This document shows, in pieces, positions 39,267 through 48,308 of a stretch of 64,000 nucleotides of DNA. Location of the stretch: the NCBI GenBank assembly GCA_947628315.1, contig CANQZJ010000003.1, positions 7,607 to 71,606 of the forward strand, in the 5' to 3' direction. Numbering within the stretch: the first letter of the stretch is position 1; every line of letters starts with the position of its first letter. This stretch comes from an uncultured Oscillospiraceae bacterium (GTDB lineage: Bacteria > Bacillota > Clostridia > Oscillospirales > Oscillospiraceae). The notes below the pieces were generated by a model. The model did no database searches and was not told where the DNA came from. It saw nothing but the letters and a program-made list of their open reading frames with translations. Made by a program: the position numbers and the translations under genes.

Positions 39267-40434
39267 TTACGCATCTGAAGCCGTTCAGTCGGCATTGCAG
39301 GGAACAAAGGTATTCTGCAAGTTCCTGTCGGCGAACGATACCGGGCTTACCGGAGGTCATCAGGCGGGCATCTATATCTCCAAGCCCTCCATTCCAATTC
39401 TCTTTGACGTACCCGGTACAAAGGGGCAGAATATGGAGAAGTGGGTGAAGATCCGCTGGATGGACGGAAACGAGACCGACAGCCGCTTCATCTACTACGG
39501 GCAGGGTACCCGCAACGAGTACCGCATCACCAACTTCGGTCGCGGTTTCCCATACCTCCGTCCCGACTACACAGGCGCTCTTTTTGTCTTTGTGCAGAAC
39601 ACCCCTGAGGATTATCAGGCGTTCGTGCTGAACACCGAGGATGAGATCAACCAGTTTCTTGACGCTTTCGGTCTGAGCGCTACCGAAACCAACCGTCTGA
39701 TTGACGTTCACGAAGTGAATCCAGAACTGCGGGAGCAGGCGGAGATCGAGCGGTTCATCAGCGATCTCGAAGTCGATTTCCCGACTTCGGAGATCATCTC
39801 CGCTGCCGCCCGTGAGATACAGAACACCGTCTACGACCACGCCGAGTTCATCATTTCCAATCCCGACCGCAAGCTGATCGAATGGACGGACATCGAATAC
39901 AGGCTGTTCCGCGCTCTTGAGTACGCCCGCTACGGCGATATGATCACCGGCGGTTTCGCCACCGTTGAGGACTTCATCGCCACGGCAAACCAGGTGCTGA
40001 ACAGAAGAAAGAGCCGCGCTGGAAAGAGTCTGGAACATCATCTGTCCGCTCTGTTCTCCGGCAACGGTCTGCAATTTGAGGAGCAGGCGGTAACCGAAGG
40101 CAAAAAGAAGCCCGATTTTCTGTTCCCATCACAGGAAGCATATCACACGGCGACATTCCCGACCGAGAAACTCATCTCCCTTGCCGCGAAGACCACCTGC
40201 AAGGACAGATGGCGTCAGGTCATCAACGAAGCCGACCGTCTGCGCGGCAGACCGAAGTACCTCTGCACTCTTCAGCAGGGTATCTCCACGGCGCAGCTTG
40301 ATGAGATGGACGCCGAGCAGGTCATTCTCGTTGTTCCTAAGCCGTATATCGCATCCTATCCGAGAGACCGGCAGGATCGCATCTGGACACTCGGACGCTT
40401 CGTTGCTTTCGTCAGAGAAACAGAGGGAATGTAA
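39259..40434 (+). CDS. Type II restriction endonuclease, EcoRII-like
   Basis: KFLSANDTG.TGGHQAG N-domain; NRRKSRAGKSLE, KPDFLFP, KTTCKDRWRQ. Confidence 0.92.
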   Translation: MDNYASEAVQSALQGTKVFCKFLSANDTGLTGGHQAGIYISKPSIPILFDVPGTKGQNMEKWVKIRWMDGNETDSRFIYYGQGTRNEYRITNFGRGFPYLRPDYTGALFVFVQNTPEDYQAFVLNTEDEINQFLDAFGLSATETNRLIDVHEVNPELREQAEIERFISDLEVDFPTSEIISAAAREIQNTVYDHAEFIISNPDRKLIEWTDIEYRLFRALEYARYGDMITGGFATVEDFIATANQVLNRRKSRAGKSLEHHLSALFSGNGLQFEEQAVTEGKKKPDFLFPSQEAYHTATFPTEKLISLAAKTTCKDRWRQVINEADRLRGRPKYLCTLQQGISTAQLDEMDAEQVILVVPKPYIASYPRDRQDRIWTLGRFVAFVRETEGM

Positions 40435-40868
40435 TGGCAGATACGATCAGCTCGGAACGCAGAAGCCGGAATATGTCCGCAATCAAAAGCAAGGACACAA
40501 AGCCGGAGGTCTACCTTCGCAAATTGCTGTACCATCACGGTTTCCGCTACAGGAAGAATTACTCCGGCGTGTTCGGTCATCCTGACATCTATCTCCCCAA
40601 ATATAAAGTTGCCATCTTCGTTCATGGCTGTTATTGGCATCGGCACAGCGGATGCCGGTACGCTTATATGCCGAAAAGCCGGGTTGAGTTCTGGCAGAAG
40701 AAGTTCGACAATAACGTCCGTAGAGACCGGCTCGTGAAGGAAACGCTGGAAAGCCAGGGAATCCGCTGTCTTGTGGTCTGGGAGTGCACCATAAAGAAGA
40801 TGCAGAAGGATAACAATGTTGAGGCGGAATATCTTCAGGAACTCAGTCAATTCATCAAAACAATATAA
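40434..40868 (+). CDS. vsr: Very short patch repair endonuclease
   Basis: RSRNMSAIKSKDTKPE, FVHGCYWH, VWEC. Confidence 0.95.
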   Translation: MADTISSERRSRNMSAIKSKDTKPEVYLRKLLYHHGFRYRKNYSGVFGHPDIYLPKYKVAIFVHGCYWHRHSGCRYAYMPKSRVEFWQKKFDNNVRRDRLVKETLESQGIRCLVVWECTIKKMQKDNNVEAEYLQELSQFIKTI

Positions 40869-41034
40869 ATCATTATTATGAAACATCTCCGTAACAGATA
40901 TATGCTGCTGTAATCTCTGTTACGTAGTTTGTTGGTTTACACAATTGGGTTAATTCTCAAAATTAAACTCATCTTTCTCTATTTGATATTCATTTTTTTG
41001 TCGGGATATACTTTAAGAACCAATCCTTTTAAAA

Positions 41035-42087
41035 TCAGTCTATGTAGGTCATTATTCTCGAGGTTTCTTCGGATGCATACTCCCTTGCGGCAACCTCAAG
41101 CGGCTGATTCTCGTAAGCATCAAAGCCGTAATTCCATGCGCTTTTGTAGTTTTCCTGAGAATCCATGAGTTCCCTTAACTCTGTGAAGTAGGCGCTGTTC
41201 ATCGCCGGGTTGTCCCAATCAAGCGTGTTGACTAAATAATCTATATATGCGTGGTGTGTCTCATGGGATATTGTGTTAATGATGTCCGAAACAGAAGAAT
41301 TTGCCAGATGTTCGGTATTGATCCACATTTGTTTTGATTCGTTGTCATATGCACCCAATGTGGCCATACCGATCATGGCGGAAGTTACGGGAACAGCCGG
41401 GATTCCAAGCACGCCCGATTCAAAATCTACGAGTTCCTGAATGACGGTTATCCTTTCCTGTATGGATAGCCGATTCCAGTTTTTCTCCTGCAGATAGCCC
41501 CATAGTTCGGCGTTTTTCTCATACAAATTATCCGGCTTACCAGTTTCAACTACAACTTCTGTTTCGGAAAACAGTTGATTCCACAGTTCTTCCGTAGCCT
41601 TGTATGTAGGCGACTCAACACCATATACGAAGATTGAGAGCAAGCAGGGAATTACACAAAGCACTGCCGTGCAGAAAACCGAACATCTTCTGAATGCGAA
41701 CTGGTATCTTCGATGCCGCTTGCGTGAGAATTTATGCTTCCGTTCGTTCTTTCTCAGCATCCGAAACAGTGCGACTTCTCCTCCCACCACAGTCAATGTA
41801 ATCAATAGGGTAATCACAAAGTGGTGCTGAGCAAAGACGAGCATAAGCACAAATTCAACAGGAACAAGATTGAACAGCAGCTCCGTTATTGTGCCGTTGC
41901 AGGTGCCCCTTCTAAAAGGAGAGCAGCAGAGCCATACTACCGTAACCGCAACAATCAGCATTCTGGAAGACAACGCCTCCATATAGAGGCCGATTTCCGG
42001 CACACAGAACGCGAACGGTTCTATGAAACTATAGAAAACCATTGCAAGCGGTATGATGATGGATGACTTGTAGATGATTCGTTTCAT
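41035..42087 (-). CDS. Membrane-anchored HExxH metallopeptidase-like protein
   Basis: Several N-terminal hydrophobic helices; ISHETHH...NQPLEVAAREYA. Confidence 0.7.
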   Translation of the reverse strand: MKRIIYKSSIIIPLAMVFYSFIEPFAFCVPEIGLYMEALSSRMLIVAVTVVWLCCSPFRRGTCNGTITELLFNLVPVEFVLMLVFAQHHFVITLLITLTVVGGEVALFRMLRKNERKHKFSRKRHRRYQFAFRRCSVFCTAVLCVIPCLLSIFVYGVESPTYKATEELWNQLFSETEVVVETGKPDNLYEKNAELWGYLQEKNWNRLSIQERITVIQELVDFESGVLGIPAVPVTSAMIGMATLGAYDNESKQMWINTEHLANSSVSDIINTISHETHHAYIDYLVNTLDWDNPAMNSAYFTELRELMDSQENYKSAWNYGFDAYENQPLEVAAREYASEETSRIMTYID

Positions 42088-42116
42088 GCAGCTCCTCCTG
42101 TGTTTTCTTTTTCAGT

Positions 42117-42164
42117 AGTATAAACGATTATTATTGGTGACACTATAAACCGATAGATAACACA
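42117..42164 (-). promoter_or_regulatory. Shared promoter box, copy 1
   Basis: + strand AGTATAA-N20-TATAAACC-N4-GATAACA. Confidence 0.65.
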
Positions 42165-42184
42165 ACAAACCGTCTACAGTTTTG

Positions 42185-43543
42185 TCAAGCACTTGCCCTG
42201 TCAAAGTGTTTTTTGATGGAAACTCTCTTAAAAAAGTATGTTATGACACAAATCAATAAAGTCAACGCACTATGAATACCGAACAGTATTGCGGCAGATG
42301 AAACAAGCGCGATGGGTGTAGAAATATCTACCGTTTTTATCAATGTGATCAAAACTCCTATGGAAGAAATCGATGCGTTGATAAATGCGCATCTGACTGC
42401 ATCGCTGCACGATTTGTATATAAAGAGCGGCAGCACTATCGCTGCAAAAAATGCAATGGGGAAGAAGAAACCCTCAAATAATCCGGCAGTGGTAAGAGCG
42501 ATCATTACAATTATGTTCATAGTCAACTCTTTTTTTGTGCTTTCGTCTCTATCGATGACGGTCTTTTTCTTCGAGTCACTATTTCCGTCTATGTAATGTG
42601 ACTCATCAGTGAAGATATTTCGGCACAGGATTTTGTCGGTGTATTTCGGCTTCCCGTATCCCGTAAGCAGTTTAAATGCTTCTATGGCAAGTTCATCCGA
42701 AATGTTATAGAGCATAATTCCTAGGCTTGGAGATGTCCCGTAAAGCTTTTCCGAAGTTCCCGGGTTTTTAAGATTCAGAAGTTCAGACATACCATATTTG
42801 CTTACACCGGGGACATAGGAAGGACCAATGAGCACATTTTCCCTCATTGTTATGCCGGAAATGTATGTGAGTTCATTTCTCCGTGCGACATTGTCGAGCC
42901 ATATCGGAAATTCAGCAGGAGTGTCGAGGGCCTTGATAATCAAGTCAAAATTGTCCGAAATACATATATTCTCCAGATCTTCTTCTGAGCAGATTCGTTT
43001 GTTGATAATCTCGATTGTAATTTCAGAATTGACAGCAGAAAGTTTCTCCTTCAAAACCTCGGCTTTATCTCTACCTATATCTGCGTTGTCAAATAACAGC
43101 TGACGGTTAAAATTGCTCTTTTCAACTGTGTCATAATCCACCAGCGTCAGTTTCGCAATCCCGAGAGCAGCCATATGCCACGCCATATGTGTTCCGATTC
43201 CACCGCAACCGAGTATCAATACTCTTTTGCTCATAAGATTTGAGCGTGCATTGTGCATATTGTGACTCATGAAAAAGGCGTTTGTTCTGGAAAACATTGA
43301 TTCCGTATCAACCGAAACAGGAAGAAATGAGCCAGTTATTGATAAATCCTTCACCGTTTGCTCACCGAAAAGCCTGCACAAATCTGTCTGATCAACGAAT
43401 GCTCCTTCATGCATTTGCTGAAGCGTGAGAAGCTTTTCATCGTCAATCCCGGCAACAATGGGATTGGTGGTATCAGACAGGATAAACATCAGCTTGTTTT
43501 CGTCTTTGATTATAAGCGTATAGGGATTCAATGTGAGTTTCAT
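42185..43543 (-). CDS. ThiF/E1-like adenylyltransferase with N-terminal RRE-like region and C-terminal TM helices
   Basis: ILGCGGIG, VDYDTVEKSNFNRQ, ALD; no CxxC zinc motifs; hydrophobic C-terminal ~110 aa. Confidence 0.88.
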   Translation of the reverse strand: MKLTLNPYTLIIKDENKLMFILSDTTNPIVAGIDDEKLLTLQQMHEGAFVDQTDLCRLFGEQTVKDLSITGSFLPVSVDTESMFSRTNAFFMSHNMHNARSNLMSKRVLILGCGGIGTHMAWHMAALGIAKLTLVDYDTVEKSNFNRQLLFDNADIGRDKAEVLKEKLSAVNSEITIEIINKRICSEEDLENICISDNFDLIIKALDTPAEFPIWLDNVARRNELTYISGITMRENVLIGPSYVPGVSKYGMSELLNLKNPGTSEKLYGTSPSLGIMLYNISDELAIEAFKLLTGYGKPKYTDKILCRNIFTDESHYIDGNSDSKKKTVIDRDESTKKELTMNIIVMIALTTAGLFEGFFFPIAFFAAIVLPLFIYKSCSDAVRCAFINASISSIGVLITLIKTVDISTPIALVSSAAILFGIHSALTLLICVITYFFKRVSIKKHFDRASA

Positions 43544-43555
43544 TGCTCTTTCCTC

Positions 43556-44614
43556 CTATCTTGTTAAAAATGGAACAACGGTATTCAGCATAATAACAGG
43601 TATGTATCCGGTGGAAAAAATGAAATAAATACTGTACATTACATACCTCAAGGTATTCTCCGGTTCGCCTATCATTTGTCGAAATGCGGCTTTTTCCTCT
43701 TTCTTCCCCGCAAATAAGGTTCTCACCGAAGAAACAACAGCACTTATGGCATTCTCGCGGAGTTTCGGTTCGTCAAGTATCACTTCCAGCGCATAATACC
43801 CGTCAAACTTGAGCAGAACCATAAGATTTAGGAATATTGTTCCGATGTTGGCCAAGGCTAATGCTGCTGCATACGATACAAGTTCTTTTGATGCGACAGT
43901 ACACATAACAATGCTGCAGATACCAATGATCGCAAAATTCATGAGAGAACCTGACGCCAGGACTATCAATCGTTGGGTTTTGCTCTTCAATAGATTAGTG
44001 CCTGTAATATTTGTGTATGCGCAAGGAACCAGAAAATAAAGCATGACGCCCATTTCGGGAACATTCACCCCGTATTTCCGAGCGGTAATCATGTGTGCGC
44101 ATTCATGCAGAGCAAGAGATAACAAGGACAAAAACACAATCAAAATCCAGCCTGCAACACCCAACTCTCTGATGCCGATCATTGCCTGTCCGTAAAAACT
44201 CATTGCATCATTAACGAGAATGCGATTCATGACAATTCCGGCAATAAACATCAAAGGGCAGATAAAAAGGATTATGCAATGCAGAATTTTTGTTAAAGGG
44301 GAATCCGTTCTAATCAGCTTGTTTGGATTAAACAGTCTCAGCTTGATTTTGAATGGGTTGAGTTTCTTCTTTGCCTTTTCAAAGAACCCCAGTTCTGAGA
44401 AAGCCTTGATTAATGCATCGATTTCCTGCCCAGTATAGAAAGAACACTGCCGGGAAGTGTCATCGATTGTATTTGCCCCGTTTAGTAATTGAAATACGTT
44501 TGACTCGTTTTTTCCGAGAGTGTAGGTCTTTCCCGTGTTTCTGTTGAAGATCTGAAGCTTGTCTTCTTCAAGGGGATAAGCTTCAACATGGCTACCTATC
44601 ATCGGATATTCCAT
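43556..44614 (-). CDS. PqqD/RRE-like + M50-type intramembrane metalloprotease
   Basis: Start ATG 44614 (GGAGG RBS); TGKTYTLG..VFQLLNG N-domain; HECAH; NLMVLLKFDGY. Confidence 0.82.
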   Translation of the reverse strand: MEYPMIGSHVEAYPLEEDKLQIFNRNTGKTYTLGKNESNVFQLLNGANTIDDTSRQCSFYTGQEIDALIKAFSELGFFEKAKKKLNPFKIKLRLFNPNKLIRTDSPLTKILHCIILFICPLMFIAGIVMNRILVNDAMSFYGQAMIGIRELGVAGWILIVFLSLLSLALHECAHMITARKYGVNVPEMGVMLYFLVPCAYTNITGTNLLKSKTQRLIVLASGSLMNFAIIGICSIVMCTVASKELVSYAAALALANIGTIFLNLMVLLKFDGYYALEVILDEPKLRENAISAVVSSVRTLFAGKKEEKAAFRQMIGEPENTLRYVMYSIYFIFSTGYIPVIMLNTVVPFLTR

Positions 44615-44653
44615 AATTTCGTCCTCCAAACGATTAAAGAAATGATAAGGGTA

Positions 44654-44702
44654 TAAAAAGCGCGTCCTGCGATTATTCCGCCGCACAATAACCACAGGAC
44701 GC
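44654..44702 (-). terminator. 16-bp hairpin + U-tract after the precursor genes
   Basis: Minus strand GCGTCCTGTGGTTATT-loop-AATAATCGCAGGACGC-GCTTTTT. Confidence 0.75.
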
Positions 44703-44722
44703 ATCAGGTGTGTATCGGTGAA

Positions 44723-44848
44723 TCAGCAGCAGGCTGCGAAGTAAAGCAGGTAAACACCGCCCCATGTGCCCGCACAGCTAATGACAGAACCCCAGAGGGA
44801 ACCGGTAGCTTCTACACTGGCAACTTCTTTGATATCAAAAGATGTCAT
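44723..44848 (-). CDS. RiPP precursor peptide 3 (41 aa)
   Basis: MTSFDIKEVASVEATGSLWGSVISCAGTWGGVYLLYFAACC*; AGGAGG RBS. Confidence 0.9.
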   Translation of the reverse strand: MTSFDIKEVASVEATGSLWGSVISCAGTWGGVYLLYFAACC

Positions 44849-44893
44849 GGTCATCATCCTCCTTTCTTTCATGATAGCGGCGACTGAGCTGTT

Positions 44894-45013
44894 TTAGCAG
44901 CAGGCAGCAAGATAGAGCAGATAAACGCCGCCCCATGTGCCTGCACAGCTGATTACGGAACCCCAAAGGGAACCAGTAGCTTCAACATTGGCAACTTCGT
45001 GAATATCGAACAT
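44894..45013 (-). CDS. RiPP precursor peptide 2 (39 aa)
   Basis: MFDIHEVANVEATGSLWGSVISCAGTWGGVYLLYLAACC*; AGGAGGT RBS. Confidence 0.9.
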   Translation of the reverse strand: MFDIHEVANVEATGSLWGSVISCAGTWGGVYLLYLAACC

Positions 45014-45085
45014 GGTCTTAACCTCCTTCCTATGTAGTATATTTGCAACTTGAATTAACAGTGTGTTTCGTTATATTGCTTGGAA

Positions 45086-45241
45086 TTAGTGATTGTGGTA
45101 AAGCTGTCCGTCTTTGGTGCGGTAGTCACCGTCTCCGGTAACGTAACCAATCTTGTTTCCGTTTCCATCATATACATCGCCGTTCTTGGAATAACCGTTA
45201 GGGTAATCATTTTGGAAATCTTCATTATCCTTGTATGCCAT
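45086..45241 (-). CDS. 51-aa D/N/G/Y-rich small protein
   Basis: MAYKDNEDFQNDYPNGYSKNGDVYDGNGNKIGYVTGDGDYRTKDGQLYHNH; GGAGGTG RBS. Confidence 0.75.
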   Translation of the reverse strand: MAYKDNEDFQNDYPNGYSKNGDVYDGNGNKIGYVTGDGDYRTKDGQLYHNH

Positions 45242-45279
45242 TGAATTCACCTCCTCTCGTATCGAAATTATTGCATTGA

Positions 45280-45399
45280 TTAGCAGCAGGCTGCGAGATA
45301 AAGCAGATAAACTCCGCCCCATGTGCACGCACAGCTGATTGCCGAGCCCCAAAGGGAACCGGTGGCTTCAACTTCGGATACTTCATGAATATCAAACAC
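45280..45399 (-). CDS. RiPP precursor peptide 1 (39 aa, GTG start)
   Basis: MFDIHEVSEVEATGSLWGSAISCACTWGGVYLLYLAACC*; AGGAGG RBS. Confidence 0.9.
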   Translation of the reverse strand: MFDIHEVSEVEATGSLWGSAISCACTWGGVYLLYLAACC

Positions 45400-45459
45400 G
45401 GTTTGTTTTCCTCCTTCCTTAGGATTTGTTATGACGAGCATTTCGCTTTGTCTGTACTT

Positions 45460-45507
45460 AGTATAACTGATAATGACAGAATGCTCTATAAACCCGTGGA
45501 TTACATT
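45460..45507 (-). promoter_or_regulatory. Shared promoter box, copy 2 (precursor promoter)
   Basis: AGTATAA-N20-TATAAACC-N4-GATTACATT. Confidence 0.7.
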
Positions 45508-45623
45508 TGCGATTCTTACAGCACTTTACAGATCCTGTTACTACCGTTATGGTATGAAGCATTATCAGCATTTTGAGACCACAGGCTTGAAATTCAGATG
45601 AATGTTTCGCCTCGTCTAATACA

Positions 45624-45671
45624 AGTATAACCGATTGCAATCCGATACTCTATAAACCAAGAGATTACATT
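45624..45671 (-). promoter_or_regulatory. Shared promoter box, copy 3
   Basis: AGTATAA-N20-TATAAACC-N4-GATTACATT. Confidence 0.7.
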
Positions 45672-45925
45672 CGGCTTTTTATAAGCCTTTTTGAAAATCA
45701 AATCTCGCTTCAAGAAGTTCTGTGGCTGTTTCGGGCAAAACAAAAACAGTAAAGCTTTTGTTTGTTAGTGTGTATGCCAACTTGTAAATAATCTTTGACT
45801 TTCCTGATGCAGCAGAGCCGGTGATTACAATCGCTTTTATATCGATAAACTCCTATCTAGTAAAATGCACCAAGACAGATTACAGCTTCTAATGGAAGAT
45901 TATTTCTCAGTAAAACGCAGATGCC

Positions 45926-46054
45926 TTATATGTCCGTTTTTTCAGCCGCTAGTTTACCAAGCGTTCTTTCCAGTTTTCTAATTTTCTTTTCATTCTTTTT
46001 AGCGAGCCGTTTGATCTTGTCTATTTTGAGCAGTATTTTGAATGAATTTCTCAA
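45926..46054 (-). CDS. Possible 42-aa basic peptide
   Basis: TTG start with GGAG RBS; MRNSFKILLKIDKIKRLAKKNEKKIRKLERTLGKLAAEKTDI. Confidence 0.3.
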   Translation of the reverse strand: MRNSFKILLKIDKIKRLAKKNEKKIRKLERTLGKLAAEKTDI

Positions 46055-46085
46055 GTAGAATTCTCCAATCTTTTAATTACTAACT

Positions 46086-46655
46086 TTAACCGAGTATTTC
46101 GTCTATGATACCGTATTTCAATGCCTCATCTGCAGCCATCCAGAAATCCCGGTCACAATCTTGGGAAATTGTTTTTATATTCTGACTGGTATTTTCCGAA
46201 AGAATTCTATGAAGTTTGTTTTTGACTTTTGTAATGTGTTCTGCTGCCAGTTGGATATCCGATGCCTGTCCCTGTGCGCCGCCTAAAGGCTGATGTATCA
46301 TAATTTCACTTAATGGTGTAGCATAACGTTTGCCTTTAGTGCCGCAGGAAAGAATAAAGGCTCCCATACTCGCAGCCGTGCCGGTGCAAATCGTTGACAC
46401 TCCACATCGACAACGTTTTATTGCATCCACAATCGCAAATCCTGCAGAAACGGAACCCCCAGGGCTGTTGATATATATCTTTATGCCCTCTGTCCCGTTG
46501 CTGTCAAGATATTCAAGTTGAGCAATTATCTCCATAGCAATTTCATCTGTGATTTCAGAGAACAGGTAGATTTTTCTGTTCTTAGTGAAATCATAAGATA
46601 AGAGATCAAGCCCTTCTTTCCCGGCTTTTGACACGCTAATAACCGATGGAATCAT
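46086..46655 (-). CDS. clpP: ATP-dependent Clp protease proteolytic subunit (element-borne paralogue)
   Basis: YINSPGGSV, AASMGA, IMIHQPLGG, DRDFWM. Confidence 0.92.
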   Translation of the reverse strand: MIPSVISVSKAGKEGLDLLSYDFTKNRKIYLFSEITDEIAMEIIAQLEYLDSNGTEGIKIYINSPGGSVSAGFAIVDAIKRCRCGVSTICTGTAASMGAFILSCGTKGKRYATPLSEIMIHQPLGGAQGQASDIQLAAEHITKVKNKLHRILSENTSQNIKTISQDCDRDFWMAADEALKYGIIDEILG

Positions 46656-48308
46656 TTAGTTATCCTCCTCATCTTCAAGTGCTCCGAATAACTCGTCAAA
46701 CTTTGCTTCAAGCTCTTTCCTTAGATCCTCATCCAACATACCGTCATCAGATTTATTCGTTTGTTTTTTTCGCGTAATTCTTTTGCGAACGGTTTCTGCT
46801 TTCGGGAAGCTTTTTTTCATGGAATGGAATGGCTTGTTTGCTTTGCCGTCCGAAACATCCCTCATTAGATCGACGAAAGAATAGAAGCACACTGGGGGAT
46901 GTGTAATATTCGGCAGTTCAGCTTCACCATAGTTGCAAAAAGCTTCATATTTCTCAATGGATGGAAGCGATGTGCAATAACGTATGCCGGATGCCAAATT
47001 CAGATAGATTGCTTCTTTGGAGTACCATTCCTTTTTCAATGTCATAAGTTCTGGTACAGAAATCAATGGTTCTTCGTGCCCTGACATTGTTATTTCCGTT
47101 GTTCCGCAGCGCTTGCTTATCATTTCCAGCAATTCAATTTCAGTAGAACCTAGGAAAATGGATGTCGCACAGTTCGTCATCATATTCTTATAATTCGGAT
47201 AGCGCTTTTCCAAGAGATCTATTGCTTGGCAGCACAAGTAGTAGCGGATGTTCCTACTCCGGTGTGTCGCAAGCGCGGCGGACATATTAGGTATTGGAAA
47301 AGAGCAAAACTCATCTAACACGAAATTGACTCTGGTATTTAGTTTTTCTGATTTTGAATGGAAAGCTTTATCGATCAATATGTTCTGTATTTGAGATATC
47401 AGAATGCCAACAATAGGATCACACACCGTACTGGAATCATCCGTGATGACATAAAAAGCTGTTTTTTCTTCTGTTAACTCTTCCAATTCGAAAGTACTGT
47501 GACCAAGCATACGCGCTAGATGGTCGTTTTGAATAAACTTTTGAATAAAACTCGAACAGGTACTTAAAGTTGACATTAGTGTCTTTTCCGGTTCAGACAA
47601 CACCGTACGCAGATTCTGCATCGCTGCGTTTGCAAGATCCGATTCCTGATTCACATACTCATTCAGATATCCTGCTGTACGATTTGTGTAATAATCAGCC
47701 AAGCTGATGAAATTTACAGCGTCCGGATTCGGATATGAAGAATACATAAACGGGAGGATACCGTTATTTGCTGCCATAGCTGTGTTCGGCCAAAAAACAT
47801 CCACCTTGCTGTTGTCCAATTGTTCCTGAGCCAAAGCCGCTACGAGGTTACTGGATACTGTAGTTGCTTTATCGATTTCGCCAGCTTTATACAGCTTTGT
47901 TGGATAAGACAGAGGGTTATATCCTTCACCGTTATAATCACGAAAATTTAAAACACGGATTCTATAACCCATACGTTTTAAGTAATTTGCTGTACGTTTA
48001 TACAGTTCCCCTTTCGGATCGGTGATGAACATATTCTCACTGGCTTTAGCCAAAGTGCATATTAAAGGCATAAATACGCATATACTCTTTTTAAATCCGC
48101 TCGCTCCGTAAATAATACAGTGAGAATCAGATGTATCAACCGCTGCGTTTTTTCCATCAGAAATAATCGGCAGACCTCCTTTTTCTATTCTTTTGTTATC
48201 AAAAAGGTTAACCGATAAAAGTTTTCTCATAATATCTTCATCAGATGTCCAGTTGATTTTGGCGTCCGGATGAATATATTCTCTGTAAACTGCTTCATTG
48301 CTTTTCAT
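46656..48308 (-). CDS. VirD4/TraG-like coupling ATPase, no N-terminal TM
   Basis: IYGASGFKKS, ITDPKGEL, YNPL, FVLDEF, RSRNI. Confidence 0.85.
   Translation of the reverse strand: MKSNEAVYREYIHPDAKINWTSDEDIMRKLLSVNLFDNKRIEKGGLPIISDGKNAAVDTSDSHCIIYGASGFKKSICVFMPLICTLAKASENMFITDPKGELYKRTANYLKRMGYRIRVLNFRDYNGEGYNPLSYPTKLYKAGEIDKATTVSSNLVAALAQEQLDNSKVDVFWPNTAMAANNGILPFMYSSYPNPDAVNFISLADYYTNRTAGYLNEYVNQESDLANAAMQNLRTVLSEPEKTLMSTLSTCSSFIQKFIQNDHLARMLGHSTFELEELTEEKTAFYVITDDSSTVCDPIVGILISQIQNILIDKAFHSKSEKLNTRVNFVLDEFCSFPIPNMSAALATHRSRNIRYYLCCQAIDLLEKRYPNYKNMMTNCATSIFLGSTEIELLEMISKRCGTTEITMSGHEEPLISVPELMTLKKEWYSKEAIYLNLASGIRYCTSLPSIEKYEAFCNYGEAELPNITHPPVCFYSFVDLMRDVSDGKANKPFHSMKKSFPKAETVRKRITRKKQTNKSDDGMLDEDLRKELEAKFDELFGALEDEEDN

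Noticed and set aside
45086-45352. 88-aa ORF from the ORF track
   Set aside because: Its N-terminal part is an off-frame read of precursor 1; the supported start is ATG 45241 with its own RBS
44723-45399. CRISPR array or non-coding repeat
   Set aside because: The repeats are ~120-bp ORFs with RBS, start, stop and mostly synonymous variation; no repeat-spacer periodicity or cas genes
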